Counted from the first letter of the stretch, positions 40,544-53,008 are shown. The stretch is 64,000 nucleotides of DNA from Endomicrobiales bacterium (GCA_963794945.1 CAWCFT010000004.1:128001-192000); one strand, 5' to 3'. Notes: generated from the letters alone by a model not told the origin. Numbers and translations: made by a program.

Positions 40544-42622
40544 ATGCTATTACTTCAATTCGTCAAAAGCCGCCCGTTCATAGCACTGACTATTCTGTAC
40601 TGCGCTGTCCTTGTAGCCCTTGGCTACAGCGGTTTTTTTATTTCCCCTCCAAAACACGATATCGCGCGTTATATCTCTCCGTACGTTACTGAAGTGGCCG
40701 GCAGAGTAACGTCAATTACTGAAGAAACCGAGAACAAACAGGTGTTTATCTTAAAGGCAACCAGAGCGAACGGGCGCCGGTGCGGCGGGATGCTGCTTGT
40801 TCATTCGTTTTCGAAAGATATCAGGGCTAACGAAGGCGACATCATAAGGTTCCACTGCCTTATTGCCAAACCGCCGCCCTTGAGAAATCCCGGAGGGTAT
40901 GATTACGCCGAACGCCTCAGGCGTATGAACATCTATGCCGTTGCCTACATTTCATATTTCGAGAAAACCGGCTACAAATCCCCATCTTTATACAGCCGCC
41001 TGGCGAAAGCAGCCCACAATGATATGGTCGAGACCATGCGGAGAACGCTTGCCCCAGAAGCATCAGCCGTCCTTATACCAATGCTCATAGGCGACAAGCA
41101 GAGTTTATCGAATGAAGAAAAGGACAGGTTCACTGACGCCGGTGTAATGCACATACTGGTAGTGAGCGGCCTTAAGGTCGCTTATGTCGCGGGAACATTC
41201 TTGCTGCTGTTCCGTCTTATGGGCCTTAAACGCAGGTACGCTTCACTGCTCACGATACCTTTCCTGCTCATTTATATGACCGCAACGGGAAACAACCCGC
41301 CTGTCGTACGGGCAACTATAATGGCGATATGTATTTTTATCTCTATGTCGCTTAACCGCAGTTCCATCACTTACCAGGCGCTCGCAATCGCGGCCGCGGC
41401 AATACTTATTTTTGACCCCCAAGCGATTTTTTCAGCCAGCTTCCAGCTTTCGTTCGCGGCTACCATAGGCATTGTTTACCTTTACCCGTATCTGTTAAAA
41501 CCCTTCCAAACCTTCCCGTGGTGGTTTCGCAATCCTATCGGAGGGTCCATTGCGGTTTCTCTAGCATCACAGTTCGGGGTCATGCCTCTTCTATCCTACT
41601 ATTTCCATAAAATGTTCTTTGCCGGCATTATCAGCAACATACCGATAGTGCCCCTTACCGGCATAGTAACGGGCCTCGGTATCGTGCTCTATCTCGTTCA
41701 CTTTGTGTCCGGCCCCGTCACATCACTGCTAGCCTGGGTTACATCGCTTCTCATTAAAATACTTCTAATCCAAGTGCACTACTTTGCCGGCCTTCCTTAC
41801 GCGGCCGTGCATGTCGCTACTCCCAGCCTTTGGGTAATAGGCACGTATTATTTCTTTCTTTTGGGGATAGTGCAGGTACGTAGAATAAGGTATATGCCAC
41901 TTATACTCTGCGCAAGCGCCTCACTCATTCTTGGGGTGTTCCTTTTTCAGCACAATATGGATCAAAAGCGTATGGAAATAACATCACTCTACGCGGGCAA
42001 TGGAAGCGCGGCGCATATAATGTTCCCCGGAGGCAGGCATTGGCTGATAGATTGCGGCAGGGAAAGGGACGGGAAAAGAACTCTTTGCCCGTATTTATGG
42101 AGCAAAGGAATAGTAAGCATCGACAGGATCGTTATCACATCTGAAGATAAACGGCACTACGGCGGGTTGGATGCCGTAACAGATAATTTCGCTACTGCCG
42201 GTACAGTCCGCCCCGATTCGGTAACAAAACAAGAACAATACTTTGTTAACGGCGGCACAGTCACGATCGTGCCATTCTCGACAAAACAGGGGGCCTCGCT
42301 TAGTGTCCGCATCGATTATGCCGGCAAGAGGGTGGCTTTTGTCCAGCAGGAGAATTTGGCGGGAGACCGGTCGTGCGCCGCGTCAGATGTCCTCAATGTT
42401 TCTTGCCATGGAAAAGAACTTTATGCGATGTCTTCTATCCGGCCGCTGAAAGCACGCTCAATTATTCTCTCTGGGACCGTGCCGAAGGATACACCGGACA
42501 TGGAAGGCGTTTATCCTTTAAAGAAATGCGGGGCTGTTTCGTGCGTTGTAACATCCCAAGGGATAAGAGTTAAAGAGTTTATTGAAGCGAAATACTCTGC
42601 GGATACATACGATGACGAGTAG
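40544..42622 (+). CDS. comEC: ComEC/Rec2 DNA uptake protein with degenerate beta-lactamase-like domain
   Basis: RNPGGYDY, HILVVSGLKV, SFQLSF, LIDCG. Confidence 0.9.
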   Translation: MLLLQFVKSRPFIALTILYCAVLVALGYSGFFISPPKHDIARYISPYVTEVAGRVTSITEETENKQVFILKATRANGRRCGGMLLVHSFSKDIRANEGDIIRFHCLIAKPPPLRNPGGYDYAERLRRMNIYAVAYISYFEKTGYKSPSLYSRLAKAAHNDMVETMRRTLAPEASAVLIPMLIGDKQSLSNEEKDRFTDAGVMHILVVSGLKVAYVAGTFLLLFRLMGLKRRYASLLTIPFLLIYMTATGNNPPVVRATIMAICIFISMSLNRSSITYQALAIAAAAILIFDPQAIFSASFQLSFAATIGIVYLYPYLLKPFQTFPWWFRNPIGGSIAVSLASQFGVMPLLSYYFHKMFFAGIISNIPIVPLTGIVTGLGIVLYLVHFVSGPVTSLLAWVTSLLIKILLIQVHYFAGLPYAAVHVATPSLWVIGTYYFFLLGIVQVRRIRYMPLILCASASLILGVFLFQHNMDQKRMEITSLYAGNGSAAHIMFPGGRHWLIDCGRERDGKRTLCPYLWSKGIVSIDRIVITSEDKRHYGGLDAVTDNFATAGTVRPDSVTKQEQYFVNGGTVTIVPFSTKQGASLSVRIDYAGKRVAFVQQENLAGDRSCAASDVLNVSCHGKELYAMSSIRPLKARSIILSGTVPKDTPDMEGVYPLKKCGAVSCVVTSQGIRVKEFIEAKYSADTYDDE

Positions 42623-42645
42623 AGGCCCGCTTTAAACCAAAAAGA

Positions 42646-42683
42646 ATCTGACTGCCCAGTACATTATAACTGGGCAGTCAGAT
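42646..42683. terminator. inverted repeat between convergent genes
   Basis: ATCTGACTGCCCAGT...ACTGGGCAGTCAGAT. Confidence 0.75.
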
Positions 42684-42714
42684 CAAGGTTCAGCTTATAG
42701 CTCATCCCGATACC

Positions 42715-43740
42715 TTACTTACCGACAACCAGGATAACAAATGTATTTTTAATCGCTACCGGCCGCGGATTCGGATTTGCCTTAGTCGCCAGAGGCGCGG
42801 GCCCGAAATCGGCCGTGGGCATATATATGTAGTGAGTGGCGTAATCGATCGCCATGGTGCGCGCACCGCGCTGCGTAGGAACGGTCTCAGCCACAGTATA
42901 AGCGCCTGAAGACAATTGTACAACAGTAAGCGTACCTTCCCCGTTCGCGCTGAAGGCCAGCCCTGTCGCCGGGTCAAAACCGTTTCCGTCAACACCAGCA
43001 CCTATGGGCACAGTTGTAATTACTTTGCCGGCATCGGCGTCAACAACCGTCATCATGTTGTTGTGGCATCCCGAAAAGACTATATGGTGTTCCGCGTCGA
43101 GCCCCATGCCCGACGGTTCCTCGCCCGGCTTTATTGAAATTCGTTTCGTTAAAACAAGAGCTTTGCTGTCTATCTCAACGACTTCACTCGTGTCTTCCAT
43201 GTTAACATAAACTTTACCTTTGCCATCGGCAGCGGCGTACTCGGGCTTACCGCCAAGCGGGATAGTTTTTACCAGCATTCCCGATGCGGCGTCCAGTACG
43301 GCCGTGTCTTTACTGCGCCCGTTGAAAGAAAATATTTTTTTTGAAGCGGGATCGTATATGATGGCATCCGGGTTATCCCATACCTTCACCTGGCTGACAA
43401 CCTGAAGTAGATTCGTGTCAAATATCACTATCATATTGGCCTTGCCGCAGCTTATAAAACCGCGGTGGAACTCCGGGGCGATCGCTATGCCGTGCACGCC
43501 CTGGGTGTTGGGTATATCTCCGACAAGCTTGTTTGTGCCCAAGTCAATCACCGCCACGTGCGTCCCCCTGGAAACGAACAACCGGTGGGTAGCACTGTCT
43601 ACCGTCAGATAGTCCCATCCGCCCTCGCCGCCAAGTTTTATCTTATTAATCACATGGTACCCCGGCGCGTCCGTGAAAGCCAGCGCGCAAAACGCCATAC
43701 AGCCGATCAGATAAACTGTTCTTAAACAAAATCTTTTCAT
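42715..43740 (-). CDS. secreted YncE/YVTN beta-propeller protein
   Basis: GEGGWDYL, GVHGIA, NPDAIIYDP, TQRGARTMA. Confidence 0.88.
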   Translation of the reverse strand: MKRFCLRTVYLIGCMAFCALAFTDAPGYHVINKIKLGGEGGWDYLTVDSATHRLFVSRGTHVAVIDLGTNKLVGDIPNTQGVHGIAIAPEFHRGFISCGKANMIVIFDTNLLQVVSQVKVWDNPDAIIYDPASKKIFSFNGRSKDTAVLDAASGMLVKTIPLGGKPEYAAADGKGKVYVNMEDTSEVVEIDSKALVLTKRISIKPGEEPSGMGLDAEHHIVFSGCHNNMMTVVDADAGKVITTVPIGAGVDGNGFDPATGLAFSANGEGTLTVVQLSSGAYTVAETVPTQRGARTMAIDYATHYIYMPTADFGPAPLATKANPNPRPVAIKNTFVILVVGK

Positions 43741-43758
43741 TGTGTTTCTCCTTTTTTA

Positions 43759-44583
43759 CTATCTCAGATTTGAAAGCCTGAACTGTGCTCGGCTGATTAT
43801 GTCTTTTTGCATCGGATAATTATGGATGATCCTTAAGTATAAATTGCGGGCCTTATTTACAGCATTATTCTGTTCAAATAGTTTTGCCATATTAAACAGG
43901 GCGATCACTTGTACCCTTCTTGTATTTGAGCCCTCGGTTTCCTGCATTACAGCGTTTTTAAATCTCTGTTTCCAAAAATTCATCTTATTATCCCAGGACA
44001 TATTTGTTACTTCGGGCGGTTGCTCATCGACAGATGCCTGTACGGGCTGGCCGGGCTGCGCCTTGGCCGGTTGATTTGCCGTCGCCGCGCTGCTGCGCGG
44101 AGAATCTTTCCAGTTTCTTTCGACTTCTACCGTGCAGGCTGTCAGCACCTCGCCTGTTTCGGTTTTAATAAGCCTCGCGTTGACTTCCGTTTTGTCCTGC
44201 GACAGGTCTATAAGCGTTCCCGTTACGATCGCTTCCACACCCAGCACTTTACCGATCTGTTTTGTGGTGTCCGGGTCTACAACCCCGGATTTTTCAAGGT
44301 TCATTTCATTGAAAACTTTATCAAGAAGGCTTCTTTCGATGACGACAATTCCATTCTTGCCCACGAGCCTCGTTGTGAGCCTCTCGGATATCTCTGTCGA
44401 GCCGCTGCTGGTAGATCCGTCGTGATAAGGAAATGCAAGTACCGCTATTTTTTTGTTCTTAAGTTCCTTAGCTCCTTTAGCGAGCGTCTTTGCGATCTTG
44501 TCATACTCGTCCGCCCTGGCAACACCCGCTACCCCGATGATCAATACCAACAAAACCGCCATACTTCTCATGAATGCCGTCAT
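43759..44583 (-). CDS. secreted FlgO/CsgG-like domain protein
   Basis: signal peptide; IERSLLDKVFNE, IGKVLGVEAIVTGT, ARLIKTETGEV. Confidence 0.8.
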   Translation of the reverse strand: MTAFMRSMAVLLVLIIGVAGVARADEYDKIAKTLAKGAKELKNKKIAVLAFPYHDGSTSSGSTEISERLTTRLVGKNGIVVIERSLLDKVFNEMNLEKSGVVDPDTTKQIGKVLGVEAIVTGTLIDLSQDKTEVNARLIKTETGEVLTACTVEVERNWKDSPRSSAATANQPAKAQPGQPVQASVDEQPPEVTNMSWDNKMNFWKQRFKNAVMQETEGSNTRRVQVIALFNMAKLFEQNNAVNKARNLYLRIIHNYPMQKDIISRAQFRLSNLR

Positions 44584-44665
44584 TTTCTCCTCCGCGCTTG
44601 CCTTAATATGACAATATCATACAATAAGATTTTTGTAGAAACAATACCTTTTAGAATTACTAAAT

Positions 44666-45530
44666 TCAGATCGTCCACTGGAACGCGGCGTACGCGAAAC
44701 GAGTGTTCGGGCCGTTGGTATCGCCTCCCGCCGAGAACAGGATATGGTGTTCATCGCTTAAATTTATGATAGCGCCGGCGTTCAGCCCTGTCTCACTGGT
44801 CACACTCTCGTCTTCAGGAGTAAAAGTGAATATCTCGGCGCCCAGCGTCAGCGCCTTTGAGAGGTCTCTCTGCAGCACCCATCCGCCCTGCCAAAAATCT
44901 TTGTCACCTGCGGCTGTCTTGTTGAACCAGTACCCGCCGCCCGCGTAAGTTGTCCAAGGACCAAAACTTTTCTGCAGCCATACCGGGATAAAAAGCGTTG
45001 CATGCCCGGCTCCCAAGCCTTGCGTACTGTCGCCGGTCGGCAGCCCTATGTGAGGGTAGACCGCCGCCTGCGGGCGCCATGACGTCTCCCGCGCAAATCG
45101 GTACTTAACGCCCACTGATAGGTCGCCTAAGCCAAATCGCGTTGATCTGCCCGGCATACTCGCGTAAGCCATGGGGGCCACCACATTGATATGCATTTCC
45201 GGCGCGGCGCCGTAGTTAGCGTCGATGTGAGGGGCTGTCCCGGTTGTATCAGCCATGCCGCGGTTATACATGGACGCCAGGTATACTTCCCAATGGCGCA
45301 GTTCCACGGGTTCGGGGTCATCGGTAACAAAGGGCTGGCCCGGCCCATGCGTTAGACGCAAGGCAAAATAGCGAAAAGCAGATAAAGAGTTTTACTAAAT
45401 GAGATGGTTGAAAATAACTTCCAATGATGTCATCCCCCGAATCCCGCAAGGCGGGATGAGGGATCTTGTCTATAACGAAAGGCAAGATTTCTCCCTGCCT
45501 CTTGGGCAGGTCGAAATGACAAAACTTCAT
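44666..45530 (-). CDS. putative outer-membrane beta-barrel transporter (frameshift near 45340; start uncertain)
   Basis: PFVTDDPEP N-terminal motif, GLGDLSVGVKYRF, C-terminal FQWTI; signal peptide ..SNAWA in adjacent frame. Confidence 0.7.
45428..45521. repeat. RPE/REP-like palindromic element
   Basis: TGTCATCCCCCGAATCCCGC..GCGGGATGAGGGATCT ... AGATTTCTCC..GTCGAAATGACA. Confidence 0.7.
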
Positions 45531-45772
45531 ATTTTTCAATTTTCCTAAATTGTATTCTCTATTCATATAACGATTGGCGAGCTGCCTGTTCACTAAATAA
45601 AAAAGCTATACCGCAAAAGCGATACAGCGTTCAGATGGTCAACAGATTGTAATTAATCGCCCCTGCATGTTGTTCCCGACGATATAGATATACCTTCAGC
45701 CATATTATAGCATATTATTTGTGACGGGCGGAAAACCCGTATTCTAGCCGCTATTCATGCGACTGTAACATA

Positions 45773-45801
45773 TTGACTCCGTAAAATGAATTTTATATGA
45801 T
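45773..45801 (+). promoter_or_regulatory. sigma70 promoter
   Basis: TTGACT-17 bp-TATGAT. Confidence 0.6.
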
Positions 45802-45875
45802 TGAGGCGACTTACACAGAACAACATTTTTCCTTTAGCAGGCGGGTAAGTTCTCACAAAGAGGAGGTGAAACCAC

Positions 45876-46280
45876 ATGTTTAAGAAATTAAGTATTCTTA
45901 CGGCAGCTGCATGCGTGTTCGCGTTCGCGGGGACAGTACTCGCCGACGATATGACAGCCACGCCGGCAGCCACGACAACTCAGACAGCGCCGGCTAAGCC
46001 TCACATGAAGACGTCGCTTATCTCCGGAGCAGTTGTTTCAGTTGACGTCGCGGCCAAGCAGCTTGTAGTAAAGAATTCGGAAGGCAAAATGGACAACGTC
46101 ACATTTGACGTAAGTGACCATGCGAATATCAGAAAGATGGGCAAAGAGATCGCCCTTACTGATATAGCCGCCGGCGACAAGGTAATGGTAGCGTTCATTC
46201 ACAAAGATGATAAGAGGATCGCTACTTCTATCAAAGTCAGAGCGCCAAAAGCCGCACCTGCTACACCCGCCGCACAGTAA
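45876..46280 (+). CDS. small secreted protein with OB-fold-like core
   Basis: GGAGG RBS, signal peptide ending VLA, GAVVSVD..LTDIAAGDKV. Confidence 0.75.
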   Translation: MFKKLSILTAAACVFAFAGTVLADDMTATPAATTTQTAPAKPHMKTSLISGAVVSVDVAAKQLVVKNSEGKMDNVTFDVSDHANIRKMGKEIALTDIAAGDKVMVAFIHKDDKRIATSIKVRAPKAAPATPAAQ

Positions 46281-46295
46281 GAGCTCATAAATTCA

Positions 46296-46339
46296 TAAAT
46301 AAAAAACCCTCTGCGTCAAAACAGGGGGTTTTTTATTTA
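46296..46339. terminator. bidirectional terminator
   Basis: TAAATAAAAAACCCTCTG..CAGGGGGTTTTTTATTTA. Confidence 0.85.
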
Positions 46340-46363
46340 CCCAATTCCTTTATCTCGGTTTCA

Positions 46364-49300
46364 CTAATTGTTCAATGGCAAGCGCACTATAACCGTTGTC
46401 CCTTTCTTGGGCTCGCTTTCTATTTTTATTGTACCGTTGCGCAGCATAACTATCTGATGGCAGACAGCAAGGCCAAGCCCGGTGCCCTTTGCCTTTGTTG
46501 TAAAGAACGGGTCAAACAGCTTGTCCATCATTTCTTTCGGTATACCAGTTCCGTTATCCTCAACGCTTACCGTGAGATGCCCTTCCTCAACTCCGGCTTT
46601 CACCACGATCTTTCCCGACACATCCTGGACAGCGTCATATGCGTTATTTAAAATGTTGCTGAACAGCTCTTTCATCTGCACCTGGTCGGCTGTAAAAGTG
46701 ATATCGCCTTCTGTTCCGTACTCGGTTTGGACAGTTACTTCGCTGTTGGCGAACCGCGCTACCGCTATCTCAACGCAATCGTTGAGGATATCCCTCATAT
46801 TGATCTTTTCGAAGTGAGGCACCTTCAGCCTTGAATAAAAAAGCAGGTTGTTGATTATGTGGTCGCTCTCCGCTACTTTTTTTTGTATGTTGAACAAATG
46901 CTTGTCGAATTCATCTGTTTTTGACTTCCTTTTAATGTTATGGGCGGCCATCTTTATCGCGGCCAGGGGGTTCCTCAGCTCGTGAGCGACGGTCGTGGCG
47001 AGGGTGCCGATATCAGAACAGCCGCCGCGCGTGTTCCAGCTCTATCTGCTTGTCCAGCAGCTCCTTTGTCCTTTCTATCACCAGCTTTTCAAGAGTGTCT
47101 TTGTCCCGCTGTAAAACCTCTTCGGCCATTTTCTTTTCGGTGATATCCTGCACCAGCGACATGATGGATGACATACGCCCGTTTTTGTCTAGCATGACCG
47201 TGTTGTACCATATGCATTCGATGACATCACCGGCCTTGGTATAGTTCCGGTTGGAGGAAACCACCAGGGGTTCCTTGCCGCTGCCAAGCCTTTCTATTGT
47301 GCGGTTAACTTTGGGGATGTCGTCAACGTAGATCATGTTGAGATCCATTATCGGCTTGCCTATTGTCTCTTCCCTTTTCCAGCCGAACATCCGCTCGGCC
47401 TCGGCCGACCACTGGGTAACTATGTAATTGGAGTCCCACTCCACCACTGCCAAGGGCGAATTCTCAAAATGGAACTTCAGCCGCTGTTCGCTCTCCCGCA
47501 GAGCCTCTTCCACATACTTGCGTTCACTGAAGTCTTCGGTGTGCATGATGATTTTGTCAGTTGGAATATATGCAACAGTGATACGAACAAATATTTCTTT
47601 TCCCGTGCTATTCATACGATAATTCTTTTCAATATTTATGGTACTTTTGTTTTTATAGACTACCGCGAAAGCTTCTAATATATCAGGATCAGACTTATAT
47701 ATTTCACTTGCTGATTTACCGACATATTCCGGCATCTTGCCATTCGTAAATTTTATCGCTGCTTCGTTGTATTCCTTTATAATAAAATCATTTCCGGTTT
47801 TCTCAAACACAACGGTTGAATAGGGTAATCCTCGAAATAGAGACCTGAATCGTTCCTCGCTTTCCCGCAGAGCTCCCTCCGCTTTCTTGCGCTCTGTAAT
47901 ATCTAGGTGGACCCAAAGGCGTCCATACAACTTATCGTTGAAGCGTATAGGAATAAAATTCCTTAGCAAAGTCCGTTCACCGGCCATCAGGACGTCTTCG
48001 CCTATGGCAGGTTGGCCGAGGCTTATAATCTCTCGGATACGGGCCAAGGCCGCATCGGGGTCTCTGTAGCGATCCTTTATCTTTTCGATCATTTCATTAT
48101 CGGTCAGGTTTGCAAGGCTTTCGGGGCGATCTTTCAGAGAGAATATATTGCAGAAAGCCTGGTTGGCAAATTCCACCCGGTCTTCATCGGTCACTAAAAG
48201 TACCGCCGATTGCATATTGGAAAGGATAAGATAGAACCTCTGCATGGTGGCCTGCAGTTTCTCCTCGGCCTGTTTGCTCTCGGTTATGTCGCGATTGGTT
48301 TCAAGCACTATTTGCCGGCCAATGTTATCAGTAATCAACTGGTGCCGGCTCTCAACGATGATAGTTCTGCCGTCCTTCGTAGTATGTTCCAATTCCCCGG
48401 CCCAGGTTTTGTCCTTAGCGAGAATTTCTTTAATTTTGTTTAACCCCTGAGTGTGCACTGTCTTTAACAACTCGTGGCTGACCCGTCCCAGCGCTTCTTC
48501 GCTGCTGTACCCGTACATTTGCCTGGCTCCGTTGTTCCAGGAGATAATTGCTCCGTCATATTCCCACGCGAATATAGCTTCATAGGACAAATTGAGCATC
48601 TCCGCCTGCCTGCGAAGCCGGTTCTCGGAATTTTTCAGATCAGTTATGTCGTTGCCTACGCAGAGTATTTCCTTGAGCGCGCCCTTCTCGTCCCTGATGG
48701 CCTTGTTGGCCCAGATTATCCATGCCCGTTCGCCATTCTTTTTAATGTTCTGGTTCTCGCTGTACTTGAATTTCTCAGGGTCGTTTAGCACTTGTTCTGA
48801 AAGCCTGGTCAGGTCCGCGCCAGTGACAGAATCGCTGTCCGGCACCATTTTCATGATGCTATGGCCCACGATCTCTTCCCGCGAGTACCCAAAAAACGCC
48901 AGGCCGAAATCATTGATGTAGCTGACTGTGCCGTCCGGTGCATAGCGGATTATGATACTGTTGGCGGTCTCAATAAGGTCTCTGTAGCTCTTCTCGCTGG
49001 CCTTCAGATCCTGTTCCATGCTCTTCTGGTCGGATATATCATTGAACGAAGCAACGACACCGAGCATATTTCCGTCTTCGGTACGGATCGGGGCCGCGCT
49101 GGCCGAGATCCACAGTTTACGGCCGTTAATTTCTATGCCCAGTATCACGTTTGCTGTTGTTTCCCCGCGCAGGGCGCGGGCCACAGGGATCTCATCGGGA
49201 GGGAACGGCTGGCCATTTTCTTTGATCCAGAGCAACTTGCGTGACCGCTCGTTTAAAGTTGCGCCGAAAAATAACTCTTGCGGCAGAACATCTCTTGCCG

Positions 49301-52300
49301 CTTTGTTCATGCGTAAAGCTTTGCCATTCATGTCATAGATGATAAGGCCGGTGGCCGCAGATGATATTGTCGCTTCCAGCTCAGCAGCCCGATTCTCTGC
49401 TTCGGTCTTTAGATAGGCCATCTCCTCTGCGACACGCTTGCGTCCGGTGATATCCGTAACAAACGAGTAGTAATAAAGCGGTTTCCCGTCCGAATCTTTC
49501 ACCAGGTGCACCAGCAGTTCGACGGGCACACGGGTGCCGTCTCTTCTAATATATTCTTTCTCGTAGCGAACGGACAATCCGGTCTTGTGCAGCTCTTCCA
49601 GTTTCGCCCGCTCTATCTCATGCCATTCCGCCGGCGTAAGGGCTTTGTCCCAATCGATGGACCCCAGCTCGGCTTTGGCGTATCCAGAAAGCTCTTCGAA
49701 TGCCTTATTCATAAGCCCCAGTTTTCCGTCAGGGTAGCCGATAGCGAACGGCTGGGACGATGACTCAAGGATGTCGGCGAGGAACTCATTTTGCCGCCTG
49801 CTGGCCTCAAGAGCTTCTTCGGCTTTTTTTCGTGTAGTTATATCTTTTCCATAAACGTTGACATATCCCTCTTCGGCAATAGGCGTGAAAGTCAGCTGAT
49901 AAACAGCTTTCCCGTACTCTATTTCAATTTCACACGTCTCTAAGGTTTCTGAACACCGTGCGGCCGCCTCTTGTATATTCTGCGGAACTATATCATTAAC
50001 CTTTGTCCCCCACGCTTCCAGCAATCCCCCGCTGCTTTTATTCGCGTAAATAAGCGTGCCGTCTTTTGAGATGCGCATTACGGGGCCCGGGTTTTGTTCG
50101 GGATATTTCGCGAGCTCAACCACAGCCGCCTGGGCAAGCTTTATGGCATTGATATCGACGAAGACTAGTATCGCCCCCTCCGCCTTGGCGTTCTTGTTAA
50201 TATAAGGGCGCACCCTTAAAAGATGCCATTTCCCTCCCCTGTCACGAACTTCCACCTCTTGCGGGTTAAGGCTATCTATAACCGAACGGATCATGCCTTC
50301 AAGGTTTGGCACGTCGATGCCGAGGTTTATATCTTTGATCGGCCGCCCTATATCCGATGGAATGAGGTTGAAAAGGTCTTTTGATGCCGGCGTAAAATGA
50401 CGGATGTTCAGCCTGGCACCAAGCACCAGGACAGGAGTGTACAGATTACCCAGAAGGTTATTGAGGTCGGAATTCGCACGCCCCAAATCAATGTTGCGGT
50501 TCTTCAGCTCCTCGTTGATGGTGGTCATTTCCTCGTTGGCGGACTGCAGCTCCTCTTTTGATGTCTCAAGCTCCTCGTTGGCGCTCCTCAGCTCCTCGTT
50601 GCTTGACTGTATCTCTTCGTTAGCCGTTTTCAGTTCGTCAACCGCTTTGTCCTTATCGTTCGCTATAAGCTTCAGGTACTCTCTGGTGGAATAAAGGTCA
50701 TTTTTCAGCCTTGTGTTGGCAGACCCGCCTGCCCTGGACTTCCCCTTTCGTCCATCCTCATGAAACGGGACCGTTTCGTGAAAAAATATAATAAAGTACC
50801 TGCTCTTCGCGTTTGCTGAATTCAACGGCATAACCTCGGCGCCGGCTTCGGAAACTATCCCGTTATTTTCCAGCCTTACCGGCAGCGTTCTCACGGACGC
50901 GCCCAGCTTTTTGGCTTGCCTGACGGCGGAATGGACATGCGCTATAAGTTCCTGCCTGAGCATTTTTAAAAGGTTGAAGCTCGCTTTGCCCTCGGAGTGG
51001 CCGAGGTATTTCCCGGTTTGCCCCATGAACTGAATTACGTCCAGCGACTCGTTGATCACGACAGCGGCTGGGGCGTACTTCTTGAGGATGGCGGCGTTCC
51101 ACTTCTTTTCTTATGTCGAATTCATTGTTAAGCGGGCTGTCGGCGTCGTACCTGCCCGGAACCTGGCCAAAGGCGTCTTTCGGCAAAGTGAACTCGGGCG
51201 CCGGCTGAGCGCCGGTTTTTTCGTTTATGTACATATTGTATTTCATGTCCGAGGCAGCGAAATCGCTGCACAGGCCTGTGATGCTCTCCGAGCTGCCCAG
51301 CACAAGGTAACCGTTGCTGTTAAGGCCGTAGCGGAACGAGGCGAGCGCTTTTTTCTGCAGCTGCTGGTCCATGTATATTAGAAGGTTGCGGCATGTGATC
51401 ATGTCGAGGTGCGAGAACGGCGGGTCTTTTGTCACGTTGTGCCTGACAAAAGTGCACATCTCCCGCAAGGCATTATTTACGCGGTAACCGTTTTCAGCCT
51501 CAATGAAATAACTCCTGAGCCACTCTTCAGGTATAGGGCCGACCGACTTTTTTTTGTATACACCGAGCCTTGCCTTTTTTAGCATCTCCTCATTGATGTC
51601 GGTGGCAAATATCTGCACCTTGCCCTTGAAGTAGCTGTCCCCAAGCAGGTCGAGGAGCGTCATGGCGAGGGAATACACCTCTTCGCCGCTGGAGCAGCCG
51701 GCAACCCAGATGCGTATGGGCTCGTCGGCTTTTTTCTTTTTTATTATTCCGGGGAATATCTTGTTTTTAAGCGCGTCGTATATCTGCCGGTCGCGGAAAA
51801 AGCTTGTTACTCCGATGAGCATATCCTGGTAAAGCAGGAAAGCCTCGTCTTTGTCTGCCGGCCAGGAGGTGAATGTAGGCCCTCACGTCCGGCATATTCA
51901 TGAAAAGCATGCGCCGCGAGATCCTTCTCATTATCGTAGAGCGTTTGTAGTTGGTAAAATCGACGCCGCTTATTTTGTGAAGTATCTCAAATATCTCTTT
52001 GAGGCCGCTATTATCCAGGCAGCGTTTGTCCTTAAAATATCGTTTGAGCTCCTGAAGTTTCTCCGCGATGGGCTCCGGCTGGAGGATGTAGTTCGCGTAG
52101 GGCGCGGCGTTGCAAGGCATATCCGCATATTCAGCCGACCTCTTTTCCTGCGCGATAGTTATCCCTCCCGCGTCCCGTATGGCCTTGGCGCCCGCTGCGC
52201 CGTCGCAGCCGGTGCCTGAGAGTACAATACCTACTGCTTTTTCCGGGCACGTTTCGGCGAGCGAAGTCATGAAATGGTCTATCTGGCTGTGCGCGATGTC

Positions 52301-52738
52301 GCGGCTGAGTGCGGGTTTTACCCTGAACTTGTCCCTGCTTAACCGGACGTCGTCTCCGGGCAACGCGATAAATACCGTATTTTCTTTTAATCGCACATTG
52401 TCTTTCGCGTTTAGCACGGGCATGGATGTGTGTTCGGACAGGATATTCTGAAGCAGGCTTCGGGAGCTTGGGTCGGAGTGCTGGATGATAACGAACGCCA
52501 TCCCGCTTTTTGGGGATAGCTTGCCAAATAAATTGATGAGAGCTTTGAGCCCGCCGGCGGAAGCGCCTATGGCCACGACGGGAAAAGGCAGGTCGAAAGC
52601 AAAGTGATCATCGCCATTACTAAGTGGGTTTGCAGCTCTGCTTTTGGTGAGTCCGGCTGCGGGCTTTTTACTTTCGAGGATCTTTTTAGGGTTCTTGTGG
52701 TTCTTACCGGCTTTTGTGCGCATACTGGCCTTGTTCAA
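46364..52738 (-). CDS. giant CheB-CheR-multi-PAS histidine kinase (about 2100 aa, three frameshifts)
   Basis: CheB GASAGG/QH/DG; CheR VTSFFRD, WVAGCSSGEE, CRNLLIY; NEELQS coil; about 9 PAS; HELRNPL; GTGLGL. Confidence 0.88.
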
Positions 52739-52810
52739 TTATCGCTGCCAATACTATATAAGCGAATTATATATTTTTGATAATGTGAAATCAAGCTGGT
52801 TAGGTATGCC

Positions 52811-52973
52811 GTCTTTGCGAGGCGGTTTATGCCGAAGTAATCTCGGTTTTGTTCGGTCTTTGCGAACCCGAAGGACGAAGCCGAAGGCTCACCGGCAGTT
52901 TGGGGAGCAATCTCGTCTCTTCCACACAAACGACGGGATTTCCGCGCCCGAAACAACGTGGGCTCGCAAAGAC
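52811..52973. repeat. REP/RPE-like element with GTCTTTGCGAG..CTCGCAAAGAC ends
   Basis: terminal inverted repeats, internal GCAATCTC motif, nested second left end. Confidence 0.75.
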
Positions 52974-53008
52974 AGGCTAAATCATTGATATTGCAATTAA
53001 ATCGAACT

